A DNA stretch of 64,000 nt from Escherichia phage ph0021. Of this stretch, positions 20,113-29,224 are shown in pieces. The translations under genes and the position numbers were made by a program. Position 1 is the stretch's first letter. Each line of letters begins with the position of its first letter. The notes beneath the pieces were generated by a model. It was not told where the DNA came from and made no database searches. It worked only from the letters and a program-made list of their open reading frames with translations. The stretch lies in the sequence record OP557970.1. One strand, given 5' to 3'.

Positions 20113-20660
20113 TAGCTTACACGAACATTAATCACTGCGCTACGAGGAACTACAGAGTATTCTCCAGCATGAACTACGTTCAGAAGTTCAACACCATCTT
20201 CAATCCACTGGTCTGTTACCCAACCACAGATAGGATTATCAAAAGGACGACGGATAGACACAGCAGCACACAACAAGTCTGTAGGGTCTTGTTCTTCAAC
20301 TTCTTGGAACAGGATGAACTCATCTTCATAAACCAGGTTTTTCTTTATTTTGTTATTATCTAACCGGCGACCGTGGATGACGTAAGATTTGTCAAACCAC
20401 TCACTTTTGGCAAATTCTTCAACAATAAATTCGCCTTCGCCAAAAACATCAGTCAGAGTTTTATGACCAGAAATCAAGGCATTAGTTTTAATTTTAGGTT
20501 CAACCAGTTTGTAGGTTTTGCCGATTTCAATAGCGGTAGTCATAGTAGTTTCCTTAATTTCCAGTGGTTTAACAGGGCATACATAAGTGCTTACAACATC
20601 AAAATCAATCAGTTTAGCTACTGGATTTGGTGTGTATTCAGGATTATAATTAAATTTCAT
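20112..20660 (-). CDS. hypothetical protein, paralog of MotB-like protein
   Basis: 182 aa; C-terminal VTDQWIEDGVELLNVVHAGEYSVVP aligns with ITDQWVEDGVKLYNAVFLGTYKVIP in neighbour. Confidence 0.55.
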   Translation of the reverse strand: MKFNYNPEYTPNPVAKLIDFDVVSTYVCPVKPLEIKETTMTTAIEIGKTYKLVEPKIKTNALISGHKTLTDVFGEGEFIVEEFAKSEWFDKSYVIHGRRLDNNKIKKNLVYEDEFILFQEVEEQDPTDLLCAAVSIRRPFDNPICGWVTDQWIEDGVELLNVVHAGEYSVVPRSAVINVRVS

Positions 20661-20662
20661 AA

Positions 20663-21163
20663 TTATCTCATTTCAATAAAATCTACGAGTTCAGCATGGG
20701 ATTTACGGAACATTACTTGATGTCCACCAATGATAACTTCATCTTCAGGAACTTCATATACAGCGAGATAAAATCCTTTAGAAGCTAATTCTTCACGCTC
20801 TTCTCGTGTGAACCATCTCATCATATCATATTCACTAGCGAAAGCAAAATGATAAAGACCTATAAACCATCCGGGAATATGATATTCTACTCCAACATAA
20901 TCTTTCTTGAACTTAGTATTAATTACTATATTAGCGTTTTTAACTAATAGTTTATCTTCGTGCGGTAAAGGAATTCTTTTATTATTATCGCTATGATGCA
21001 TAAAATTAGGTCTGTCATAACCTACGTGTAATAGCCACTCTTCGCTCCATGAATCTATTATACTCCTGTACGGCGTTATTTGAACACAAAGATTTCGACG
21101 TATTGTTATAGCATCTTCATAATCAAGAATACTAAACGATGATTCAACACGATAAATTTTCAT
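20663..21163 (-). CDS. hypothetical protein
   Basis: 166 aa ORF. Confidence 0.55.
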   Translation of the reverse strand: MKIYRVESSFSILDYEDAITIRRNLCVQITPYRSIIDSWSEEWLLHVGYDRPNFMHHSDNNKRIPLPHEDKLLVKNANIVINTKFKKDYVGVEYHIPGWFIGLYHFAFASEYDMMRWFTREEREELASKGFYLAVYEVPEDEVIIGGHQVMFRKSHAELVDFIEMR

Positions 21164-21191
21164 TTTATTATCCTCGGTTAGCTATGGTGTT

Positions 21192-21221
21192 ATAATACCA
21201 TAACTAACCGAGGAAGTAAAC
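21192..21221 (-). promoter_or_regulatory. T4 early-type promoter (GTTTAC / TATTAT) inside long palindrome
   Basis: GTTTAC-18nt-TATTAT; flanked by inverted repeat TCCTCGGTTAG/CTAACCGAGGA. Confidence 0.6.
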
Positions 21222-21227
21222 AACTTT

Positions 21228-21911
21228 TTATCGTTTAGTTGGAAGAGATAGAGGATCGCATTCTTCCTCTGATGGAGCGTCTTCAAGACCCATAGCATAC
21301 CGCAAAGCATACTTCATCATCAGGATGTCTTTCGCACAGTCATGAATGGAATCATGTGCAACAAATCCATCCAAGGTTCCTTTTGGAAGAGGACATGTGG
21401 TCATATCACGAACGAGTAGAAGTGCTTCAATTCTGGTACGAATATCACGCTGATTCCAGAATTTACATGGTTCTAACTTAAATGTGTCAAGTTCATTCTC
21501 AGAAACGCCATTAAAACGTTGAATATCGCGAATGAGATCGACTAAAATTGGAAAATCAAACGACATTCCACGGCACCAGCCTTGAGATTTCCAAGGATCG
21601 ATATTATGCGCATTGATGTAATCATTAAATTTTGCAATACCGTCAATAGTGCTTACATCTTCATCGGATGGTGCAATATTTTTTCTAGCTTCAGGGGATT
21701 GATTCTTCCACCATTCGATAGTGCTTTTAGTAAAAAGACGATGTCCTTTTTGGCTTTTTAAATCAAATTTGATTTTAATGCCGCGTGAAACTAATTCATC
21801 AAATGTTTCAACTACTTCTGGGTTAGGGTCAAAAGCAATTACAGCTAAATCAATAACAGCTGCTTTTTCACCGCTTCCCATTGTTTCAAAATCTATAATA
21901 AAATCAAACAT
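21228..21911 (-). CDS. dexA: exonuclease A DexA
   Basis: 227 aa, DEDD exonuclease-like N-terminus (FDFETMG), matches T4 DexA length and order. Confidence 0.85.
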   Translation of the reverse strand: MFDFIIDFETMGSGEKAAVIDLAVIAFDPNPEVVETFDELVSRGIKIKFDLKSQKGHRLFTKSTIEWWKNQSPEARKNIAPSDEDVSTIDGIAKFNDYINAHNIDPWKSQGWCRGMSFDFPILVDLIRDIQRFNGVSENELDTFKLEPCKFWNQRDIRTRIEALLLVRDMTTCPLPKGTLDGFVAHDSIHDCAKDILMMKYALRYAMGLEDAPSEEECDPLSLPTKR

Positions 21912-22186
21912 TAAATTTTCCTCGCTAAATCACGAATTTGGCCTACAGTATAATCTTGAATATAAACTATATTAATAGGTTCATCAATAAATTTTGCCAT
22001 AGATTCAATATCTTTTTGTATTTCTTCAAGACTGTATATTATCTTTAAAGCTTTTTCGCGAATAGTAACATTATCAGGTCCTGGATTTTCCTCAATGACA
22101 GCTTTGACATTTGTCATAAGAGATTTAAACTGATGCAAACTTAATTCAATCATTAATAATCGCCTTATAAAGATGGCTAATTTCAC
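21911..22186 (-). CDS. hypothetical protein, member of small tandem paralog set
   Basis: 91 aa; shares LEEIxxDL...DYxxGxI pattern with next ORF. Confidence 0.5.
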   Translation of the reverse strand: MKLAIFIRRLLMIELSLHQFKSLMTNVKAVIEENPGPDNVTIREKALKIIYSLEEIQKDIESMAKFIDEPINIVYIQDYTVGQIRDLARKI

Positions 22187-22406
22187 CTAAAACATAATCA
22201 CTGATTGTAACAGTTTTTACTTCACCACAAAAGAATTCTAACGCAATCAAATCTCGTTCAATTTCTTCCAATTGAAGCATTAACTTGCCTGATTCAGTTT
22301 TCACATTTTTGCGATTTTTGCTATAAGCTATTTCATAAATTTCGCTTATTTTATCTTGAAGAAGATAAAACTGATCTTTAGTTATTTCCACGAATAGCTT
22401 CCTCAA
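22146..22406 (-). CDS. hypothetical protein, member of small tandem paralog set
   Basis: 86 aa. Confidence 0.5.
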   Translation of the reverse strand: MRKLFVEITKDQFYLLQDKISEIYEIAYSKNRKNVKTESGKLMLQLEEIERDLIALEFFCGEVKTVTISDYVLGEISHLYKAIIND

Positions 22407-22638
22407 ATTTAATCAATAATTTACAGACGCTTTCATCTAATGTAATTACCGTATCTGTATTACTATGATATGATTGTTTTTCAATTCGTTTAATTGCTAA
22501 TATAGTATCACTTATAAGATAAAGCTTATGAAGCAGCTCAGCTCCTGTTACCATAACATTAAGATTATCTTGCTTATTAGTATGCTTCCTTATACCATCT
22601 ATTAAACGATTTAAATATTTTGAATTGATGTTAATCAT
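22378..22638 (-). CDS. hypothetical protein (dda.1 position)
   Basis: 86 aa. Confidence 0.5.
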   Translation of the reverse strand: MININSKYLNRLIDGIRKHTNKQDNLNVMVTGAELLHKLYLISDTILAIKRIEKQSYHSNTDTVITLDESVCKLLIKFEEAIRGNN

Positions 22639-22644
22639 ATATCC

Positions 22645-23964
22645 TCACACATAAAATACGTCATAACGACCACGGGTAACACCAACATAAAGAAGTTGTT
22701 GAGCCAATTCAGCATCTGCATAATGAATACAAGGCGTATAGATGAAAGCACGATCTACAGACATACCCTGAGCTTTATGGAATGTTGATGCAGGAAGTGC
22801 TTTCACTTTACTAAACTGTGATTTAGCATCCCAAAAATCACTCCACGGAGCTTTTCCGCCTTTATTCCAGTTCTTATAAGTTTCTGCCGTTTTACCTAAA
22901 AATAGGTTAAACTTATATAGCTCTTCATCAGATGAAATTATTTTAATCTTTTCGCGATAATATTCATCATCGCCGTAAGTTTCTACTGTTAAATCCCAAT
23001 GACGAATTAAGTATTCTCCAGGAACACCACGAGCTTTAACAAATGTTGATGTATATTCTGCTTCTATAATACGAACTAATTGTCCATTATTAAAAATAAT
23101 TTCTGACACAGGCTTTCCATCAATTTTATATGTTTTAATTAATGGTTCCTGCATTACAATAATTTCACCGACAATAAAATCTTTATCAGTTTCAAAAATC
23201 TTTTTACGAATAATGCTATTTAACTTGTCAACAGATTTATTCGTAAATGCCATTACGCGATTTTCAAACAAATCATCTAGAGATTTGACGATTGAAAAAT
23301 AATTTACCATAAAATCGCGTAAAGCGGTATCACCAGTAAATCCACGTACTCCATGCCCGTCAACAATTTTATCATAAATCCACTTACCGTTACGAACGTC
23401 AGTAGCTACATCAATAATAGGAGCATTACTGCGTTTAACTTCAGTGAGTTCACACTGATAAAAATCTTTATGTGTAAAGAATGGACTGATATAAGCAGTG
23501 TTTTCTCCTGGGTCAACAGGTCTAATTTGCTTATTATCACCTATTCCAATTATAGTACACCACGGCGGGATAGTTGAAAGCAGAATTTTAAATAGCTTTC
23601 TATCATACATTGACACTTCGTCACAGATTAATACCCTGCATTTAGCTAAATCTGGTACTTCCTTCTGTTCAAAAAGAACATTTTCTTCATATGTTACTGG
23701 GTTAATTTTAAGAATACTATGAATAGTACTCGCTTCTTTTCCTGATAGTTTTGAAAGAATCTTTTTAGCTGCATGAGTAGGAGCTGCTAAAATAATACCA
23801 GTTTCACCTGTAGATATTAGGGCTTCAATAATAAACTTAGTAAGAGTAGTCTTACCGGTACCAGCAGGTCCATTAATAGTTACATGATGTTTCTTTTCTT
23901 TAATAGCCTTCATAACGATGTTAAAGGCATTTTTCTGGCCTTCGGTCAAATCATCAAATGTCAT
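22645..23964 (-). CDS. dda: DNA helicase Dda (SF1B)
   Basis: 439 aa, Walker A GPAGTGKT, matches remembered T4 Dda. Confidence 0.9.
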   Translation of the reverse strand: MTFDDLTEGQKNAFNIVMKAIKEKKHHVTINGPAGTGKTTLTKFIIEALISTGETGIILAAPTHAAKKILSKLSGKEASTIHSILKINPVTYEENVLFEQKEVPDLAKCRVLICDEVSMYDRKLFKILLSTIPPWCTIIGIGDNKQIRPVDPGENTAYISPFFTHKDFYQCELTEVKRSNAPIIDVATDVRNGKWIYDKIVDGHGVRGFTGDTALRDFMVNYFSIVKSLDDLFENRVMAFTNKSVDKLNSIIRKKIFETDKDFIVGEIIVMQEPLIKTYKIDGKPVSEIIFNNGQLVRIIEAEYTSTFVKARGVPGEYLIRHWDLTVETYGDDEYYREKIKIISSDEELYKFNLFLGKTAETYKNWNKGGKAPWSDFWDAKSQFSKVKALPASTFHKAQGMSVDRAFIYTPCIHYADAELAQQLLYVGVTRGRYDVFYV

Positions 23965-24272
23965 CGTAAATTCCCTGCAATTGGTATACTAACAATACGC
24001 CCAGTATCTAAAATTCGCTGATATAATCTTTGTGTGTCTACGTCAGGCTTAACATGTTTAACTTCTATTTTATTAAACCAAAACTTGCGTGGAGTCTCAA
24101 CTAATCTTGGAATTCCCTTACCTAAAGCTAATCGATACTGCTCTTTAAGAGTAGTAAATACTTTATCAGCAATATTCCATTCAAAAAATACAGCAGGACG
24201 ATGTTCATCAAGCGGAACTGGCGCCGTAAATCCGTCTTTGTCTCGGTAAACTATCGCATATACATAAACCAT
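23961..24272 (-). CDS. hypothetical protein
   Basis: 103 aa, overlaps dda start by 4 nt. Confidence 0.5.
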   Translation of the reverse strand: MVYVYAIVYRDKDGFTAPVPLDEHRPAVFFEWNIADKVFTTLKEQYRLALGKGIPRLVETPRKFWFNKIEVKHVKPDVDTQRLYQRILDTGRIVSIPIAGNLR

Positions 24273-24273
24273 A

Positions 24274-25020
24274 TTATCCTCGGATAAGTTTAAAAATTGA
24301 ACAATTTAGCGGATATCCTCTTTTCAGTTTAAGTTTATCAATAAAAGACAAATTTTGATACCGCTCTACACCTTGAATAATTTTATCACACATATCATAT
24401 TGCATTTCTGCTTCTGACAGCTTTTTCACAATTTTCCAATCCGAGCCTTTAAGAAGAACGTTCAATTTAACAACTTCAGCGCCTTCTGCTATACGAGAAC
24501 CATCAATACGAGCTTTAAGTGCTATAATCGTTAGCTTAACGTCAGAAGTTTGTTTTGATTTAGAAAGCTGAGAAATGTGCTCAATTCGGTTTTCACGTTT
24601 TTTCTGTATAGCTTTAATTTGATTATAAGTCTTTTTGATTTTAGCCCATTTCTTTTCATCTAAATTTAGTTTATGAACTTTTTTCGCAGATGAACGACCA
24701 ATTCGCAAAGCAAATAAATCACGCTTTTCAATCAACTCTTCTAAAGTATAATCAGAACGAAATGTATTATACTTTTTCTTTACTGCAATAACATTCCCTT
24801 TAATGTATCCAACGTTATTATCAAAACGTTCTAATGATAATTTCTCTCCTTCAATACGATTATCAAAAGGTTCTCCCGAGTAAGCACAAACTTTCTGATC
24901 TAAAATGTTCTTAATGTAATTGAAGTCTAAGTTAAAATCTTTAGAACGTCTTTTTGCAGATGCCTGAGTATGCTCTAGACGACGTTTAATTTTACGAATT
25001 TGGTTATTAGACAGCTTCAT
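24274..25020 (-). CDS. hypothetical protein at srd position; has HNH-like SLERFDNNVGYIKGNV motif
   Basis: 248 aa, basic/Lys-rich; motif resembles phage HNH endonuclease signature. Confidence 0.55.
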   Translation of the reverse strand: MKLSNNQIRKIKRRLEHTQASAKRRSKDFNLDFNYIKNILDQKVCAYSGEPFDNRIEGEKLSLERFDNNVGYIKGNVIAVKKKYNTFRSDYTLEELIEKRDLFALRIGRSSAKKVHKLNLDEKKWAKIKKTYNQIKAIQKKRENRIEHISQLSKSKQTSDVKLTIIALKARIDGSRIAEGAEVVKLNVLLKGSDWKIVKKLSEAEMQYDMCDKIIQGVERYQNLSFIDKLKLKRGYPLNCSIFKLIRG

Positions 25021-25056
25021 ATTTTTCTCACATCTTACGGACGGTTAACTACTTAT

Positions 25057-25086
25057 ACTATAACATTTTTACCTTAACTTGTAAAC
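25057..25086 (-). promoter_or_regulatory. T4 early-type promoter
   Basis: GTTTAC-18nt-TATAGT upstream of 248 aa ORF. Confidence 0.55.
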
Positions 25087-25143
25087 AACTTTATGTAAAA
25101 ATGCTTTAAAACTTTCATGGTATAATGAATCTAAGTCCTTCCA

Positions 25144-25746
25144 TTATAGATTAAATCCTTCAAAGTCAAGAGTATAGATAGTGTATGTTGAATACTTTTT
25201 ATACTCATATCTATCTGCAATTCTAAATACACTTCCAGCCGGTATCATTACTTCTTGTTCATCTGAAACTAATTCCATATTACGATAACGATGACTATCC
25301 GGAAACTTAAAGTTTGGATTGTATTCTTTACAGCGTAGAGCTTTTATAGCATACTCCTGGAAATTGAATACCATAGGAGCTTTGAATTCAAAAATAACCT
25401 GTGTGTTATACTCTAAACCGGAAGCAAAATGTAGAGCTATATTTTTATCATATGAAGCTGATACGACTTTATCAAATGTAATAATATCAATTCCTTGATT
25501 TAATACTTGCTTAGTCTCAGCTGGAACACCTCTCCAAAGAGGTTTATCGTTTGGAACCAAACGAGATTTGATTATTTCATTTAACCAAGTATGGTCATCT
25601 GGCTTATTAGTAATACAATGAATTAAAAGTTCAATTTCAGATAAATTAAACCCTTCAGAAAGTAATTCTTCACGAATAGAAGCACGCACCGATGCATCCA
25701 TTGATTTTATTTTAAAATCTTTTAGTTGCATTACTGAGTATTTCAT
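25144..25746 (-). CDS. modA: ADP-ribosyltransferase ModA
   Basis: 200 aa; R (LWRGV), S-x-S, E-x-E (EQEVMIP) ART motifs; length matches T4 ModA. Confidence 0.7.
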   Translation of the reverse strand: MKYSVMQLKDFKIKSMDASVRASIREELLSEGFNLSEIELLIHCITNKPDDHTWLNEIIKSRLVPNDKPLWRGVPAETKQVLNQGIDIITFDKVVSASYDKNIALHFASGLEYNTQVIFEFKAPMVFNFQEYAIKALRCKEYNPNFKFPDSHRYRNMELVSDEQEVMIPAGSVFRIADRYEYKKYSTYTIYTLDFEGFNL

Positions 25747-26366
25747 TCAACTACCTCAATATCATAAACTTTAAATATTCCAAACGAATCGTGTAATTTT
25801 TCTTTTGAAATAGAAGTTATTTTATACTTTCCAATTGGAATCATCCATTCTTGTTCACGCACAATCATCATTAAGTTATCAGTACGCTCTGAATCTAATC
25901 CATCAGTATCTTCATACGTGTACTTAAACTCAGTATTAGGAGAAGAAAGTATAATATCGCTGATATGGTCAGAATAATTAAAAGCTTTATCAGTTTTTAA
26001 GCGAAATATTATTTCAGTGAAATACTCAACATAAGAAAAACCGCATGCTGTGTGCAAACTAGTAGTAAATGAATCTACCCTGTTCGTTGAAAACACTTCT
26101 CCAACTTGTAAATCTTTAATAAGTTCTTCTGTTGATTTTGATATACCACGATATAACTGATATGGTGATTTAGTTAAATGCTTTTTAATGATTTTATTCA
26201 ACTGCTGATGAAGAGATTCATTCTTTTTGGCTTCCATACATTGCCAAAGAATTGACTGTTCAAAGTCAGTAAATTTTTCACAGACCTTTTTATACATATC
26301 ATATTGAAAATCAACGCTTTCAGCTTTTATAGATAACTGTTCAACATCTGCAAGATTAATAATCAT
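25743..26366 (-). CDS. modB: ADP-ribosyltransferase ModB
   Basis: 207 aa; LYRGIS, EQEWMIP motifs; paralog of ModA. Confidence 0.7.
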   Translation of the reverse strand: MIINLADVEQLSIKAESVDFQYDMYKKVCEKFTDFEQSILWQCMEAKKNESLHQQLNKIIKKHLTKSPYQLYRGISKSTEELIKDLQVGEVFSTNRVDSFTTSLHTACGFSYVEYFTEIIFRLKTDKAFNYSDHISDIILSSPNTEFKYTYEDTDGLDSERTDNLMMIVREQEWMIPIGKYKITSISKEKLHDSFGIFKVYDIEVVE

Positions 26367-26392
26367 GATAGCCTCCGTATACTTCAGAAGCT

Positions 26393-26421
26393 ATCATATC
26401 ACCGTTAGAAAGGAAAGTAAA
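26393..26421 (-). promoter_or_regulatory. T4 early-type promoter
   Basis: GTTTAC-18nt-TATGAT, leader with GGAGG before modB ATG. Confidence 0.6.
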
Positions 26422-26433
26422 CAACTTTTTGAA

Positions 26434-26616
26434 TTATTTTGCCCAGGGAGCCCAGGGCGGAGGGTCAAGATGGTATGAAGCTAGTTCTTCTAGAAGAGCA
26501 TCTGGGGCTTCAATTCCATAATTCTGTAATACTATACGGTATTCTTTCTTATAATCACTAGAATCATTCTGGTTATTCGTAGAATGATTATCTTCTAACA
26601 TCTCAAATAAATCCAT
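26434..26616 (-). CDS. hypothetical protein
   Basis: 60 aa ORF. Confidence 0.45.
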   Translation of the reverse strand: MDLFEMLEDNHSTNNQNDSSDYKKEYRIVLQNYGIEAPDALLEELASYHLDPPPWAPWAK

Positions 26617-26624
26617 ATTAATTC

Positions 26625-27095
26625 CTAGCGATAAAAACCAAATTGACGATTAGCTTCAATAATCTTTCTTTCTTCTTCGGACATTCTCCAGCGTAGTCCA
26701 ACATCAAAATGGGCCCAGACCATCTTAACAAATGCATTTATGTCTTTAATATCTTCAATGATGAATGTTTTACTTTTAAAAGGCTGACTCGCTAATTTAA
26801 CTTTATCATCTTCAAACAGGTCAAAAAGACCATATTCATGAGCTCTTTTATAGCCTTTAATAGTTAAAGCTTCAGAAGAAGAAAACGGTGAATCAGTATT
26901 CTGCAAAATATCTTCAGTATGCTTTATAATTAGAATAATATTTTCTGGATATTTTCTTTCTTTTATATCTTTAATTAAAAAATCCGGATTTTCTGCTAAA
27001 GGAATAATTAATGAGCATTTTTTATCAAGTGTATTTACTGATTTACCTTCTTTAGACATAAATTCTATTGAATAATGTTTTGCTACTTCAATCAT
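26625..27095 (-). CDS. hypothetical protein
   Basis: 156 aa ORF. Confidence 0.5.
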   Translation of the reverse strand: MIEVAKHYSIEFMSKEGKSVNTLDKKCSLIIPLAENPDFLIKDIKERKYPENIILIIKHTEDILQNTDSPFSSSEALTIKGYKRAHEYGLFDLFEDDKVKLASQPFKSKTFIIEDIKDINAFVKMVWAHFDVGLRWRMSEEERKIIEANRQFGFYR

Positions 27096-27253
27096 GTGAT
27101 TTCCTTTTGCCTACTAATGGACCATCGGGAATTTTGTTTTCCTGGATATATTTCTCATTTTCTTCCATCATTTTACTGCCAATTTTAAGAAGCAAATTCA
27201 GTGCTTCATTTGCTTTTGCTTTAGCCTCTTCCAATGTCATATCTTTGTTCATG
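27095..27253 (-). CDS. small hypothetical protein (~52 aa)
   Basis: Read by hand; ATG overlaps upstream stop; helical Lys/Glu-rich. Confidence 0.35.
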
Positions 27254-27452
27254 ATTTATCACCATAGATGTCTCTCATCAATTTAAGCGCTGAGCGTTCT
27301 AATTTCTTTTCTTTCTCAGCACTAATCATTGATTTCATCCATTCTTCCGATTCGTTCTGCATTTCTTTATTTGCTTGTTCAACCCAACCATCATCAATGT
27401 ACATTGAGTTTGGTCTACTAAACCATTCAAGTATTTTCTTCAGAACTTTCAT
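27249..27452 (-). CDS. hypothetical protein
   Basis: 67 aa. Confidence 0.45.
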   Translation of the reverse strand: MKVLKKILEWFSRPNSMYIDDGWVEQANKEMQNESEEWMKSMISAEKEKKLERSALKLMRDIYGDKS

Positions 27453-27912
27453 TTGTTTTACCTAAAACGACAGTAGGAGCATCGTCAAATTCATGAATTT
27501 TTAGCAAATTTGGATGTAAACTATTCCATACAGAAGAAATAAAATATGATAAAGCGTCTTCACTCGCAATTATAAATTTATTTCCTTTATCTATTTTCCA
27601 ACTATATACTGAATCGTATGAATAAAATGATAAAGGTTTATCATTATATTGTTCTGCGCTAACATTAATGTATTCGGATTTAGTAAATGCTTCAATTGCT
27701 CTAAACGGAATATTTGGCACAGTTTCAATAATACCAATCTTTTTAAGTTTTATTTCAGCATCTTCTGGAACTGGCATTGAAACGAAATTTTCTACGAGAT
27801 ACATTGGGTCACAATAACCCTTATCAATCATTACAGCTACAGTAATTGGAACATCTTTAGCAAATGACATACTATTACTGCTAATATACATTTCAAACAA
27901 AATTGCTTCCAT
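27427..27912 (-). CDS. hypothetical protein
   Basis: Track ORF N-extended; probable start MEAILFEMY (161 aa). Confidence 0.5.
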   Translation of the reverse strand: MEAILFEMYISSNSMSFAKDVPITVAVMIDKGYCDPMYLVENFVSMPVPEDAEIKLKKIGIIETVPNIPFRAIEAFTKSEYINVSAEQYNDKPLSFYSYDSVYSWKIDKGNKFIIASEDALSYFISSVWNSLHPNLLKIHEFDDAPTVVLGKTNESSEENT

Positions 27913-27920
27913 AATTTTCC

Positions 27921-28262
27921 TCAATCGCAAGATGTAGATGAACAACTAGAATCGCAAGAACTTCCACATGAATCGCCTGCCCATACATGAACAGGAACAT
28001 TAGTATCATATGAATCAGAACTAGACTGTGTATTCTGTGTGTTAGATGATGTAGTAGGTGTTGACCAGCGCCAAGGATTTTTATAATATTCTTGGGCTTC
28101 TTCATAAGTCATAGTAACTGCTTCTACTGTTCCATCTCCCATATAAACATACTCAACTGCAGTTAAAGGAAGGTAGTCATTTGAAATAGGAACTACACCT
28201 TCCCCAGGAGTCGTAGAGAAAAAATCCGTAAAGAAACTTTTAAACCAATTAAAGATAAACAT
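27921..28262 (-). CDS. hypothetical protein with Cys/Ser-rich C-terminal tail
   Basis: 113 aa ending [18 protein letters not shown]. Confidence 0.5.
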   Translation of the reverse strand: MFIFNWFKSFFTDFFSTTPGEGVVPISNDYLPLTAVEYVYMGDGTVEAVTMTYEEAQEYYKNPWRWSTPTTSSNTQNTQSSSDSYDTNVPVHVWAGDSCGSSCDSSCSSTSCD

Positions 28263-28468
28263 TACAAAAAGCCTCTCTTGAATTCGACTTGCTTTTCACC
28301 ATAATCATATCGAATCTCTGCATTAAATTCGACAGAACCATCTGCGTACATCATAAATGAATGCACAATAACTTCTGTAGACCATGGCTGTAATTCATAT
28401 TTCTTCATTACATGTCGTGAAATGATAATATCTAAATCTTCATTCGGTTTAATCCAACGATTTAACAT
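28262..28468 (-). CDS. hypothetical protein
   Basis: 68 aa. Confidence 0.45.
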   Translation of the reverse strand: MLNRWIKPNEDLDIIISRHVMKKYELQPWSTEVIVHSFMMYADGSVEFNAEIRYDYGEKQVEFKRGFL

Positions 28469-28539
28469 AGTGCTCTCCTCTATAAGATAATTCTATTATA
28501 CCATACTCATTTTGATATGTAAACCATTTAAATGAAAAA

Positions 28540-28557
28540 GGACTCCCGAAGGAGTCC
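28540..28557 (-). terminator. intrinsic terminator after soc
   Basis: GGACTCC-CGAA-GGAGTCC 7 bp stem, U-run follows on minus strand. Confidence 0.55.
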
Positions 28558-28563
28558 TTGAAT

Positions 28564-28807
28564 TTATTCACCAGTTACTTTCCACAAATCTTCATTTGCA
28601 GCAATCCATTCAGTACGTTGATTTTCTTCATATACTGTAGAATATGCTGCTTTTTCTGAAGGGAACGTCTGGTAATGAGCACCAGAAATTTTGTGAACAT
28701 CAGAATAAAGAGGGAAAGCTACAGAAATTTCTTTACCCTGAATTGTTACCACCATCAACTGCTTGGTCAAATGTTTTAATATTAACATAACCGCGAGTAC
28801 TAGCCAT
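28564..28807 (-). pseudogene. soc: small outer capsid protein Soc, reading frame disrupted
   Basis: ATG after SD gives MASTRGYVNIKTFDQAVDGGNNSG then stop; conserved GKEISVAFPLY...WKVTGE continues in another frame. Confidence 0.6.
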
Positions 28808-28823
28808 GTAATTCTCCTTTTAT

Positions 28824-29033
28824 TTAAATTACATGATTATTTATAATAAATTCTCGCGGAACGTTAAAATACCCGATTTTAGTTAATATAACAACATCAC
28901 CGTTAATAATTACCGGAGAATAATCTTCTGGAGCATTAAATTTCCAATGGGCTCTAATATTATATCCATCAGAACCAAATGCTCGAGTAGCCGGTCTCCC
29001 GGCTTTTTGCCACGCGTAGAAATCAAATTTCAT
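28824..29033 (-). CDS. hypothetical protein
   Basis: 69 aa ORF between 56 and soc. Confidence 0.45.
   Translation of the reverse strand: MKFDFYAWQKAGRPATRAFGSDGYNIRAHWKFNAPEDYSPVIINGDVVILTKIGYFNVPREFIINNHVI
28838..28845 (-). promoter_or_regulatory. late promoter TATAAATA
   Basis: Exact TATAAATA on minus strand about 30 nt upstream of soc ATG. Confidence 0.6.
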
Positions 29034-29224
29034 TTTGAATGCTCTATAATTAATTTTAAAGCTTCTTCACTGACAAAAATTTCGTCAGGACCTTCTATAA
29101 CTTCAACCGTACGAAGTTGATTAGTTAAGAGCTCACATACGAGCTCCTTGTTATAATCTTTAAATAGTTGGTCAATACGTTTCTTATGGGCTTTCTTAAG
29201 CTGACGCTTATTTAAACGAGCCAT
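29030..29224 (-). CDS. hypothetical protein
   Basis: 64 aa, basic. Confidence 0.45.
   Translation of the reverse strand: MARLNKRQLKKAHKKRIDQLFKDYNKELVCELLTNQLRTVEVIEGPDEIFVSEEALKLIIEHSK

Noticed and set aside
25117-25125. Plus-strand TGGTATAAT extended -10 between modA and the upstream ORF
   Set aside because: No plus-strand gene downstream; probably a chance AT-rich match
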